DNA from: Phallusia mammillata
Lineage: Eukaryota
Direction of reading: 5' to 3'
DNA length: 64,000 nt
Assembly (NCBI GenBank): GCA_965637545.1
Contig: OZ281495.1
Span: 23,622,001 to 23,686,000, forward strand
Shown: positions 12,555-23,145 of the stretch, one piece after another
Numbering within the stretch: the first letter of the stretch is position 1
How the letters are laid out: each line of letters begins with the position of its first letter
Position numbers and translations under genes: made by a program
The notes under the pieces: generated by a model
Databases searched by the model: none
Told to the model about the DNA's origin: nothing
The model's input: the letters and a program-made list of their open reading frames with translations, nothing else

Positions 12555-15267
12555 GCAAGGACCCCCACATATGCCGTGCTATGTGCAGAAATGCTTGGAA
12601 ACCGGTCTAATTGGGTGTGTATGGCTTTGGGCTGGAACAATGTCGTTTAAGTTTCTTGCTTATGGAAACACAAGTGGTCGAGGTGGAGTTATTTAGAGAA
12701 AAATCTACCAACATTATACTCTTGTTGCGGCTTTGGCTATGTCTTTATTTAGACGATCTCTGTTCTCTCGTCTGTATAAAACGTCACTGATAACAAGCAT
12801 CTGGCCCGGGTCTTTAGACCTTATTTAAAATTTGCCCTTTAATGAGTTTGTCAAGCTGTAGTCACGTATGCCACAAACTCCACAAACTAAAAGACTACAA
12901 CCTCGTTAAAACAATAAAACATATTTATTTTATATCCAACTACTTTGCAATGGCATGAACAGTGCTAAAATGCTGCGCTCTTCTCGGGGATCGAATGTGT
13001 GGATCAGGATAGGATTCCTATGAACAACAAGAAGTTTGAAAAATATTTTACAACGATCACAATTTATCGTTTGTGATTGTTTAAAAATTGTTCTCATTCT
13101 AACTTAGATTAAACTAGCCTATATTTTTCTGGATCTGTGTAATTTTTTTCATAACCATCTTTGCAACAATTGCAAAAAAGTAGGTTTGACTTAACTTTTT
13201 ACTCTGTGCTTATACCACATAACCACAAATATGTTTTACCAGTTTCTTAACTACGACTAACTTGAGGTGCGTAACTTCGCTCGTAGCCTCTTCCAGCTTG
13301 TAACTCCTGGTATTGAACGATGCCAATGAACAAAATGAACACCTGCGTACAATTAAAAATATAGCGTTTAAATTCGCAAGTTGGAATTTAATTATTCTGC
13401 GATTCCGAGGTAGGCTACTTGTGAATTTTAAGCATTGACGTCTAATTTGTAGATCTGCATGGCCAGTTTTTTTTTCGGTAAGATTTAGGTTCGGAATTCA
13501 GATTAAATAAAAGAGCCTTGTTTCTGGCCGGACTTTACACTCGGGCTTAAGTGTGTCTGAAACCGTTGACAAGCAAACGACCTTTGTAATCAATTAAATT
13601 GCAGCTAAAATATAACCCCAAAATGTAAAAAAAAAATTCTTTTTCTCTGAATCTTTTCTTTCAAATACTTTGTCTCCATGTTTTTAAGTTATGTCTGATT
13701 ATAAACAATAGTAAGCCTACTTAGCCAAGAAACTAATTATAAGACTACGAAAAAACATTAAGATACACTTACGTTTAAAACGTTTTTGCCGAGAATAAGA
13801 AGTGCAATGAAAGCCACCAAGCCATCAGAACCTTGTTGTCCAAACAGTGCCACCACGCGGATTTCATCACCTCCGACTGTAAGAAATGCGTTGGAAACGC
13901 GCGTGCATTCTGTCGAATTTGCAACACCAACAAACAGCTGATCGTTTTGGTGTTGTTGCTGTAATACGTTTTTTTATGTTTGTGATCAAAGAATCAAACT
14001 AAATGTGAAAATGTTTACCGCAAGACTCCAGGCGCTGACGAAAAACTGCATGATGTTTCTGAGGCTGTTGAGATTTATTAATCCAACAAAGCTTATAATA
14101 AACTCCGAGATTGAGACTACGAGGTAGGTTAAGAGCCATGGCCTCATCCATTTGTGGTTATCCTGTCGTACATTTGATTTAGCATGTTTTTTTTAGCAAG
14201 CAACAATGTTAACATTTCAAGAAACTTGCCTTCGATACACTGATAACAAAGATCGTTGAAGTGGCGACGGCTAAACTCGAGAAAATAGCAGCAAATGCGT
14301 AAAAAACTTTGACAGCTGTGGCACAAAAGCAGCAATAGTTATGCAGGAAAAACTTTTTTACCAAGATGCTACATTTATTACGTACCAACCGTAAACGGGA
14401 CAATGTAAATTGCGAAGCACGAAAACGCCAAAATTTCGACCACAAACTGTGACTAGAAAAACAAATGGAAAATAAAAATTCCAAACATTACTTGAAATGT
14501 CACAAAAAACATACCAATGAAAATATTCCAGCAATTAGTGCCGCTCTTCTTGGATTATTACAACAAATTTTCATTCTGCAACCTGCCATGTTGTTCTACC
14601 GACTATTTCCTTTGATCCCCACTAATTCAAAAAACTTGCTGTCCTACTGTCAATTACATGTTTAAAACATACATTTACATGAATTTCGTTGTAGTTACTA
14701 GTGCGCAGCGTTTGTTACAAGGGGCAACAAAGAGTGACGCCGCTAGATTGTGTCAATAAAAGTCTAGAATTTCACAAAAATCACAACAAAAGACGCGAAC
14801 AATGGCAAGTACGCTTGTCGGTGCTTGATGTAATTTTTCCGTGTAGATCGTGTATAAGATATTTTATAACCGGTATTTATTTTAATATTCATCGAAAAAA
14901 CAATTTTGATCCATTTCGGTAAATTAATTGTAAAGTGTGTTTCAAGTTTGTACTGCCGAAAATATTTGGATAATTATAATTTTTGTTTTGTGTAACTTGT
15001 AACAAATGGAGCATTGTCAATCAAATAAACAGAAATTGTAAATAATTAACTTCGTAGGCCGAAAATCTACAATGTGTCATGGTTTAAAATAGCAACCACT
15101 AAAGGCTAATTAATTATTTTACTTTATTTCCGCCAAAAGACGCTACAGACCTGTATTTCAGTGGTGTGGCGCAACTTTTTCTTTTTTCTTGTTTTGCGGA
15201 AAAGCATGCTGCGTTGGGTCGTGGACAATTGCCTTTGTTTTGTTGTGTTTTGCAAAACGTTGCAAAA

Positions 15268-16049
15268 ATGACGGAAAGTGAGGAGGTATTCGATATTGGA
15301 TCGCAAGTTCTTGCCACTGGACAGCAGTTTGCATCTTTTAAAGATGTAGAACAAGCTATGAGAACGTATGAAGATGAACAGAAAATAATTTACCGCAAAC
15401 GTGATTCGCGCACATACAAAGCAGCAAAGAAACGGGTTAACATTCCTGAAAATCCCGCTCTGATTTACTACGAACTGAAATATGCATGTATTAAGAAAAC
15501 ACCGAGAAGTAGCCACAAATCACCGGACGAGAAAGTTGCTAACGGGTACGTTTGTTTGGAGTCATACATATGTGGAAATAGTTTTTATTTTAATATCTAA
15601 TATTGTTTGTATTAAATTCGGACGTTTTAACTCTTAATGTTCTCACCATCCATAATATTGCATATTGTTTGACTAGTGGTTATGTTTTAGATAAAGTACC
15701 CAAAACAGTAAGAAATACAGAACCTGTGCCATGTGACACATGTTGTTGTTTTGTAGTGGTTCTGATTGTGAATCTTTCGTTCAATTTCGAACATCAAAAG
15801 ATGGACAAAATTTGGTGGTTACAAAAATGAATACTGTCCACTGTCATCCAATTGATGAGGTATACATGGGAATAAATATTCATGCACCATGTAATGCTTT
15901 TTTGCAAATTACTCGATATTAAGTGATATATTTTTTACCATAAGGATTCATATGAACAACTGAAAACTCGAAGAAAACAAGATAGTCCAAAGAAAAAGAA
16001 TCCTGAACATGACCTGGAACAATCTTCAGCAGAATTAGGTTCTTTATAG
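15268..16049 (+). CDS. FAR1/ZSWIM3-N-like (WRKY-GCM1 fold, MULE-related) Zn DNA-binding domain protein, 3 exons; a separate cistron or the 5' part of KAT8
   Basis: Exons 15268-15545, 15757-15859 and 15945-16049 join in frame via GT-AG introns. Translation: FASFKDVEQAMRTYEDEQKIIYRKRDSRT...LIYYELKYAC...CESFVQFRTSKDGQNLVVTKMNTVHCH, giving C...C-x23-H-x-H. The family call is from pattern recall. Confidence 0.72.
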
Positions 16050-16172
16050 AAAACAAATATAATTTGTTATAATCGCATGTCAAACAAAAGTATTCTTATC
16101 ATCACAATTAATAACATTTCTAAATTTTTCATGACTCAGTTATGTTTAGATTTCAGTTCTGATGACAACAAA

Positions 16173-17543
16173 ATGGACATTGTAACACCTGAAGATAAAA
16201 ATGAAGACGAAAAAGTGTTGCAAGCAGACGCAGACTTGAGCAAGAAAATATCAAATATATCAGAATCACCAATAAAACCAAAGCTTGAGGACACAGATCG
16301 AAGCCATGATGCAAAAATAATGATCAATGGACAGTACTACTGTTGTCGTAGTGATGGAACCACCCACATTGCTGAAGTGATACAAAAGCGCATAAACTCA
16401 TCTCGTGGAGACAGTCATGAATATTATGTGCACTACCATGGTTGTAATCGTCGCCTTGATGAGTGGGTTAATGCTAGTCGTATCGATACATCTAGGGTAG
16501 TCGTAGAAACCAACACAGCAACTACAAAACCTGGTGAAAATACTGAAAATGTTGACAATCGAATGACAAGAAATCAGAAAAGAAAACATGATGAAATAAA
16601 CCATGTTCAAAAGTCTTATGCTGAGATGGATCCTGCAACAGCTGCTTTAGAGAGAGAACATGAAGCTATCACAAAAATCAAATACATTGATAGAATTCAG
16701 CTGGGCAGGTATGAAATTGATGCTTGGTATTTTTCACCATACCCAGATGAATATGGAAAACAACCCAAACTCTATGTTTGTGAGTTTTGTTTCAAGTACA
16801 TGCGGCTAGAGTGTACCTACAGAAGACATCTCACTGACTGCACATGGCGACAACCACCTGGAAAGGAAATCTACAGAAAATCTACAATATCTGTTTATGA
16901 AATCGATGGCAAAGATAACAAAATTTATTGCCAGAATCTGTGTCTGTTGGCCAAACTGTTTTTGGATCATAAAACACTGTACTTTGACGTCGAGCCATTT
17001 CTCTTTTATGTGATGACTGAAGTAGATAGAAGTGGAGCTCATGTAGTTGGATACTTTTCAAAAGAGAAAGAAAGTCCAGATGGAAACAATTTGGCATGCA
17101 TTTTAATACTTCCACCCTTCCAAAGAAAAGGGTATGGAAAATTTTTGATCGCCTTTAGTTATGAGTTGTCAAAGATTGAGCGCATGATTGGTTCGCCAGA
17201 GAAGCCGTTGTCTGATTTGGGAAAGTTAAGCTACAGAAGTTATTGGACTTGGGTTCTTTTGGAAATTCTTCGGGATTTCCGGGGCACTCTTTCCATCAAG
17301 GATTTAAGTGAAATGACCAGTATTACTCAGTCCGATATCATTTCTTCTCTGCAATCACTTAACATGGTAAAATACTGGAAGGGACAACATGTAATTTGTG
17401 TCACTCAAAAACATATTGAAGAACACTTAAAGTCTCAGTTCTTTAAAAGACCAAGATTGCCTGTGGATACAGCTTTTTTGCGATGGCATCCTAAAAAGAA
17501 AAGCTTAGCATCGAAGAAAGAGACTACGCAGCACAAAAAATAA
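16173..17543 (+). CDS. KAT8: Histone acetyltransferase KAT8/MOF (MYST1), no internal introns
   Basis: Chromobarrel [16 protein letters not shown]; MOF-specific [22 protein letters not shown]; C2HC finger CEFC; [11 protein letters not shown]; [15 protein letters not shown]; [11 protein letters not shown]. First ATG after the 16149 acceptor is 16173 (456 aa). ORF bases 16077-16149 look intronic. Confidence 0.96.
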   Translation: MDIVTPEDKNEDEKVLQADADLSKKISNISESPIKPKLEDTDRSHDAKIMINGQYYCCRSDGTTHIAEVIQKRINSSRGDSHEYYVHYHGCNRRLDEWVNASRIDTSRVVVETNTATTKPGENTENVDNRMTRNQKRKHDEINHVQKSYAEMDPATAALEREHEAITKIKYIDRIQLGRYEIDAWYFSPYPDEYGKQPKLYVCEFCFKYMRLECTYRRHLTDCTWRQPPGKEIYRKSTISVYEIDGKDNKIYCQNLCLLAKLFLDHKTLYFDVEPFLFYVMTEVDRSGAHVVGYFSKEKESPDGNNLACILILPPFQRKGYGKFLIAFSYELSKIERMIGSPEKPLSDLGKLSYRSYWTWVLLEILRDFRGTLSIKDLSEMTSITQSDIISSLQSLNMVKYWKGQHVICVTQKHIEEHLKSQFFKRPRLPVDTAFLRWHPKKKSLASKKETTQHKK

Positions 17544-17728
17544 CTTGTTTTGTTAAAAGCAACATTTGTTGTTGTGAAATAAAATGTTCTGAATGGTTTG
17601 CTACACTTTTTTCAGACTGGTCATGTTCCAGAATACCTTGTGATATACATATTATTTTTATGATGTATCTGTGAGTTTTGTAACAAAAACGTTTTTTTTA
17701 GATTTCAAAATGTAAGAAAAAATAAATA

Positions 17729-18184
17729 ATGAGTAATCAACCAACTAATGTGGTAGTGCTCGGTGAAGCATCTGAAAGTGATGAAGAAATTGAAGATCAA
17801 CATGATCGAGAAAAATGTGAGGATTTAAAGTCATTACCTACCAAAGTGGAGCAATCGCCAATAAAACCAGTTTTACCTTTACCGATGGCTGCTGTACCCA
17901 CAAAACCAAAGTATGATTCAATTTTGCACCTCAAGTTGAAGGAGGCAAACCTAAGATTGACAGCATCGCTGGATCCTTCCGAAAACAAGGCATTTCGAGA
18001 AATGATCGCTTCAATGAAACGAACAAGACAAAAGCTTGATACTTCCCAAGGTTTGGCTGTGAATAGCTCAAACAACATCCGATCAAACATAGCAAATTTA
18101 AAATCAACAATTTCGTGTATTGATTCTATCAATAAACATTCAGCAGTGGTTTTACCCCAATTCATTGATTTGCAACAAACATGA
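17729..18184 (+). CDS. BLOC1S3: BLOC-1 subunit 3 homolog
   Basis: 151-aa single-exon ORF with VVVLGEASESDEE (cf. VAGEAAETDSE), SILHLKLKEANLRL (cf. SLLQLRLAESQARL) and a coiled-coil-like C-terminus. Confidence 0.75.
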   Translation: MSNQPTNVVVLGEASESDEEIEDQHDREKCEDLKSLPTKVEQSPIKPVLPLPMAAVPTKPKYDSILHLKLKEANLRLTASLDPSENKAFREMIASMKRTRQKLDTSQGLAVNSSNNIRSNIANLKSTISCIDSINKHSAVVLPQFIDLQQT

Positions 18185-19022
18185 AATATAGTTTAATCTG
18201 AAGCACATCCATTATAAATCTGACCCATCAACAGTTGGTGCCTTAAATATTTCAAAATGAAAGCTTGTCATTGTTAAGGCAGTGTTTGATCCTCGTAAAA
18301 AACAATGTTTATTGACACACTGCGAATATTTAAAATAAAAATGTTTATGTGAAAGTCATCCAAAACTTTGTGGGATTACAAAGCATGTCTAAGTCCTGCT
18401 TTTATTGAATTTGTTTCCTTTTCTTAGTATATATATCTGTTTTTGCTGTGCAATAATAAGTTTGTCTTTTACGTTTTATTTTGGCATTTGCTTCAGTTTC
18501 ATCTTCCAGTCTGTGAGATAAAATTATTCAGAAGAAGAAAATAAATGATCACATAATTGTTTTAGCTAAAAGATTCAAACTGGTTGAACTAAAGAGCTAC
18601 ATTTCAATCATTCTGTCCTGCTTACCCAGAGTCATACTGCACTGTTGGCACTGATCTAATTCAAAAAAGGCACTTTGCAGATTTATTGTAGACAGGCGCC
18701 ATAAACATCATATTAAACAAACATAAGCATTTTTTCAGGGGTAAAACTCTTAAAACACATAAAAGTACAGATGCAAAGTAAGACAATGTCTGGAAAACAA
18801 TACAGCTTCACCACAATGTTCACAAGACTAACAGTTATTACAAAAAAAAGCAAATCCTATTTTTCTTGTGCTCTAGTAAAGCAAAAAAACTCCGTTTGAC
18901 AGATTTTGCTCACTTGATAACCAACAAATTGAATGCAAAGACACAGAGTGAACTGTTTATCAATGTCCAAAGAATAAATTAGCTCATTGCACTTGAATTT
19001 GTTGCCCTTTATCCATGTATAA

Positions 19023-21013
19023 TCATGTGTGGCTGTGGCCCACATTCAACAAAAGTGGCAACAAGGACCCAGTTACAAGAATAAGAACTTCAAAAGTGGA
19101 TAGGCCTCGATTGCCGGTGCTAGAATGGGATACTTCAGGCAGAACATGGACAGTCGCAACATACAGAAATGTACCAGCAGAAAACAACATAGCTATGCCT
19201 GTTGCATTGACTTCTGTTAACAGCTGCTTTCCACTCTAAAATACAAACAAAGAGTAGAACACATGTTCTTGTACATACAACTTTACATGTTTACAGACTT
19301 AAAATATATTGTACTGGGTTTTTATAATAGATCAAATCTGACATGTCTAATGACACACCAGGAAACTTAACATTAATCTGAGTTCCTATTTTGTTTTCTG
19401 ACACTTCTGATTCCAGCTATTCTAATCATGATTGTGACTAGAAATGATAATGTGGGATAACAGTATTAGTTCCTTTGTTGTTGTTTATTGCTCAGTTACC
19501 AAAATTACCTGGTTTAGAAAAAGAAAGGTGACAACAGCAAGAATAGGTGCTGCAAGTGCAAAAATTAGTAGATGTCGCTTCACTTTCCTTAACTCCAAAC
19601 CCTCGTGGACCAAAAAAGACACAAGACCAAATGCTGCTGGTGCCTACAAAATATGAGGTGTCTATCTATTTCAGAGTTATCAACAAGTTGATGAAAGGAT
19701 GAAACAAGTAAAGAAAAACCAAAAAAGCACATTTGGTAAATGTCAAACTTGTTTACCTTATGCAGCATGATAGCCAAAAACACAATCAACTGAAGATCAC
19801 TTCTTTCAGTGCTAGCTGCAGCACCCAGTGCTATTCCATCAGCTGATGCATGGACAACCAAACCGATAGTTGCAGTGTGGCATTTGGATTTTGGATCACT
19901 TTGCTGGGACCTTGCATTTCCTATTTTACTTTGATTGAGGTCATCTAAGTTAAAAACAAAGAAAATTGCATCATGGACAAAATTATTTTTTTACTAGTCC
20001 GCAATTGTATTCAACAAATATTCTCGACTCTATACCAACATCTGTAATGGCAGTTTTTTACATCTCATCAGGATCAAAAAATGCAAGCAAAAATTGAAAT
20101 AACATGCATGCTGACATTATAAGTGTTCACTGCAGAATTGTTAGGTTTCCAGGACACTTACCCAGACGAATATCAGGGGAATGTGAGTGTGAATGACCAC
20201 CAATCTGATCTACTAAAAGCATGAACACAAATCCTAATAAAAGTGATATTCCAACTGCTTGATGAAGACCTTCAACATGATGGTGATGCTCAGGAACTTC
20301 TGTTGATAAAAATATATGCACAATATGATAAAGTTTAGTTGCCAATTTGATCGGTATCTGTTTTACATAAAACAAGCACATATTTGGATCATGTAATTAC
20401 ATTTTTTCACCTTCAAATTCATTGAGAAGTCTTTGGCCACCAATTTTAGACTCTGATGTCTTGTCAGCATTCACCGGAGCATCATTTTCTGATGTGGCAT
20501 GACCTGTAAAATGGTAGGACTCATTGTTATGGCAATTTGATAGGAAGTTAGATATATTTTTGCAGTTTTAACATGCTGGTATGTCCTTGAGATCTAAAAG
20601 AGCTCCACAAAATAATATTGATGACAAGAAGTATGGCTGTAGGAACATATATTTTTAGGTTTGCTATGCATTTGTTTACCTATTGGCTGATTGGATTGAG
20701 CTTGACTGTACATGGCATCCACTCCTTCAGGAATAATAACTGCCAAAGCTGTTCCAACCAGCAAGCCAGCACCAAATATCGTGAACAGTTGGATTTTTCT
20801 CTGTAATGCAATGTCTAAATTATTACCCAAATATGTTAGTTAGTAAGTACAAACATTACTTTGTGGTTTTTAACACAGTGCACAACATTTCTTTGCATAG
20901 CAAATGTCAAAACCTACCTGTGACATGGTAACAGCAAGTGGAATCCATCCTGCAACCACGCACCCGATAAACATTGCAATTGACAACAAACATATTGTCC
21001 AAAATTCCGCCAT
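19023..21013 (-). CDS. SLC39A9: Zinc transporter ZIP9, about 7 exons
   Basis: [28 protein letters not shown]; [18 protein letters not shown]; [21 protein letters not shown]; [16 protein letters not shown]; AIMLHK|APAAFG; [19 protein letters not shown]; ends GHSHT*. Confidence 0.95.
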
Positions 21014-21532
21014 TAGGCAATTATCAAGGAGGTTATCTTTGTACTCAAGATATGATTAACTTCATCAGCTATGTTAGGGACATGTGTAGCGGAAAGTTTA
21101 AAAATCTACAGCACCAACAAGAAAAGAAAACGGACAACACTTAATAATTCAATACTTTCCTAGTTTCCTCTGATACTTTTACCAGACGTATCGATATGTT
21201 ACGTCATATTGCGTCACGGTTGACTGAAGTCCAAACAAACCAAATCACTGCTAAGCCAAAACAGTTTAGAAATGGATGGGACTTATTAGTTTATGGCAAT
21301 AAAGATCGTATCAACCTAGAAACCAACTAATGTAATCTCTTTAGCTAATCAGCAGCGATACTTGGCGGTAAGCAACCTTTTAAACATCTCGTTTTCTGGT
21401 TATGTCAAAATTAAAATGGCTTAGCGTAACATTATTATGTGTAATAGTGAGATATGCCAGTTGATTTGAATAGTCATTGAAAACTTGAACTAAATGTTAA
21501 ACCGAAGATCACTTTTTTTTAATTTTTTTCTT

Positions 21533-21636
21533 CACGGGGTTCAAACCCATGACTCTCCCGGGGACGAATCCCGATCAGGGTTTTAATGTCTGTATGTGGG
21601 TCAGGCGCGCCGGACCATTCGGCCAAGTTCCTGCCC
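21533..21636 (-). mobile_element. tRNA-derived SINE-like repeat
   Basis: Minus strand has an A-box-like TGGCCGAATGG, a B-box-like GGTTTGAACCC and an A-rich tail. About 60 bp recur on the plus strand at 54621-54680. Confidence 0.55.
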
Positions 21637-23145
21637 AACCGAAGATTACTGGGCGTTCCATGAACTCATCTTGCGCACTCCAGGGGTTGCCGACATCTGC
21701 TGTGAAGATTTATTTTTTAATCCGCTACATGGCGCGCGCGACTTAAAAGGCAATGTTAGTATTTTGCTTTCTCTATGTTATAGCACAAACGAACAGATAT
21801 ATACCTACATTAATCATAATCAAATATATTTAAACGATTTTTATCCTAAACAAAACTACGTGAAATGGCCAGGAACATTTTTAATTCACAAGAGTTTCTG
21901 ACCTAAACTATGAGTTCCGTTAATAAAACCTGTGTGTTTGACGACATCCATAAAACAACAAGTGTTTGCTTGGAAAACATAGGAATGGGTTTGGCCGCGG
22001 GCAACAAAGCGTTCATTTCCAACCAAGACTGTTTAGCGAAGGACTGTGGTTCTTGCTTCTTAGGTGATTTTGCCAACAAACAGAGGCAGGCTTAGTCTAG
22101 CATACGCTACAGGATTTTATTGCCTAGCAGCTAGCATTACACTAAAACAATATGCAAGCTTAATTTTATTTAGCAATTATGGTCGGCGCTGCATAAAGCG
22201 TGACAGTGCACTGTACCAGAGCGGGTCCACAGAAATCCTATAACCCTCAAGGCGAATCCAATAACGTTTGGTAGCCTAACCGAACCAGCATACAGTGTTT
22301 GTCGTAAGACACTAGCATTTAGCTAACAAACTTATTTATTGTTTCTGCAGCTAGATAATCCGGTTGTCTGGATTGTTTAATAACCGCCGTTCGCAGTATT
22401 GGATTTGCTTAGTAGATTTTAAATCTGATACTATGCCTTTCTCCTACTTTGTGACTAGCAGTAGTGGTGTTTAATATTAAACTTTTGTTTGGTCAACGTT
22501 CCACAAGTTTGTCAGCTGTAGCTATAGCACATACACAGAGTGTAGGCAGGTTATTAAGGATGTAAGGGCTAAGACTATCGCCCAGCATGACCGAAAAGTA
22601 GTTATACAGCTTAAATTGTAATGTGATCATTTACAAATTAGCAAAATGGTGGTAGGCAATTTATGTTACGCGTACCGATGGTGCAATGGTTCTTATAACC
22701 TGGGATGCACGCCGAACCCCAGGTTTTTATCCGAGGTTTTTGTTAGTCGCGGTATATGCCAACTTGTGGGAAACGAAGAACCGGAGCAGGGGCTATGAAC
22801 AAACTGTCAAAAGCTGTAGACGAATATGTTGGTGCCATCATTATGATTATGCAATATCATTTCGTTTTCGGAAAATACAATAGGGTTTAAAAGAGTGCCA
22901 AAATGGAAAATGGTCTAGAATCAGTGCATCACGGCGCTAATGGTACCCTTAGAAATTTTCCAATCAGGTGGTACGCAAGCTTTTTCAATTTGGCAAGAAT
23001 TGAGTTTAAAAATTTTGTTTACGTTGTTATATATTATAATTTTATCACCTTAAACATGTTTTTGAGCAATAATGTGAAATTTAAATTGCTTTACAGTGTG
23101 TAGCTTTCTACTGTACGCTAACAATTTCTGGGATAAGCGAAAGCA

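Noticed and set aside
12600-12800. Possible KDZ/Zisupton transposase remnant
   Set aside because: Only impressionistic motif similarity, with no coherent frame.
15166-15267. GTG-initiated extension of the Zn-domain ORF
   Set aside because: Non-ATG start; ATG 15268 has an AAAATG context and precedes the domain.
16077-16149. N-terminal 24 codons of the 488-aa KAT8 ORF
   Set aside because: AT-rich, low-information sequence ending at a canonical acceptor; best read as intron or intercistronic read-through.
21533-21636. Functional tRNA gene
   Set aside because: No clean cloverleaf could be built, the B box is mismatched and it has an A-rich tail; kept only as SINE-like.
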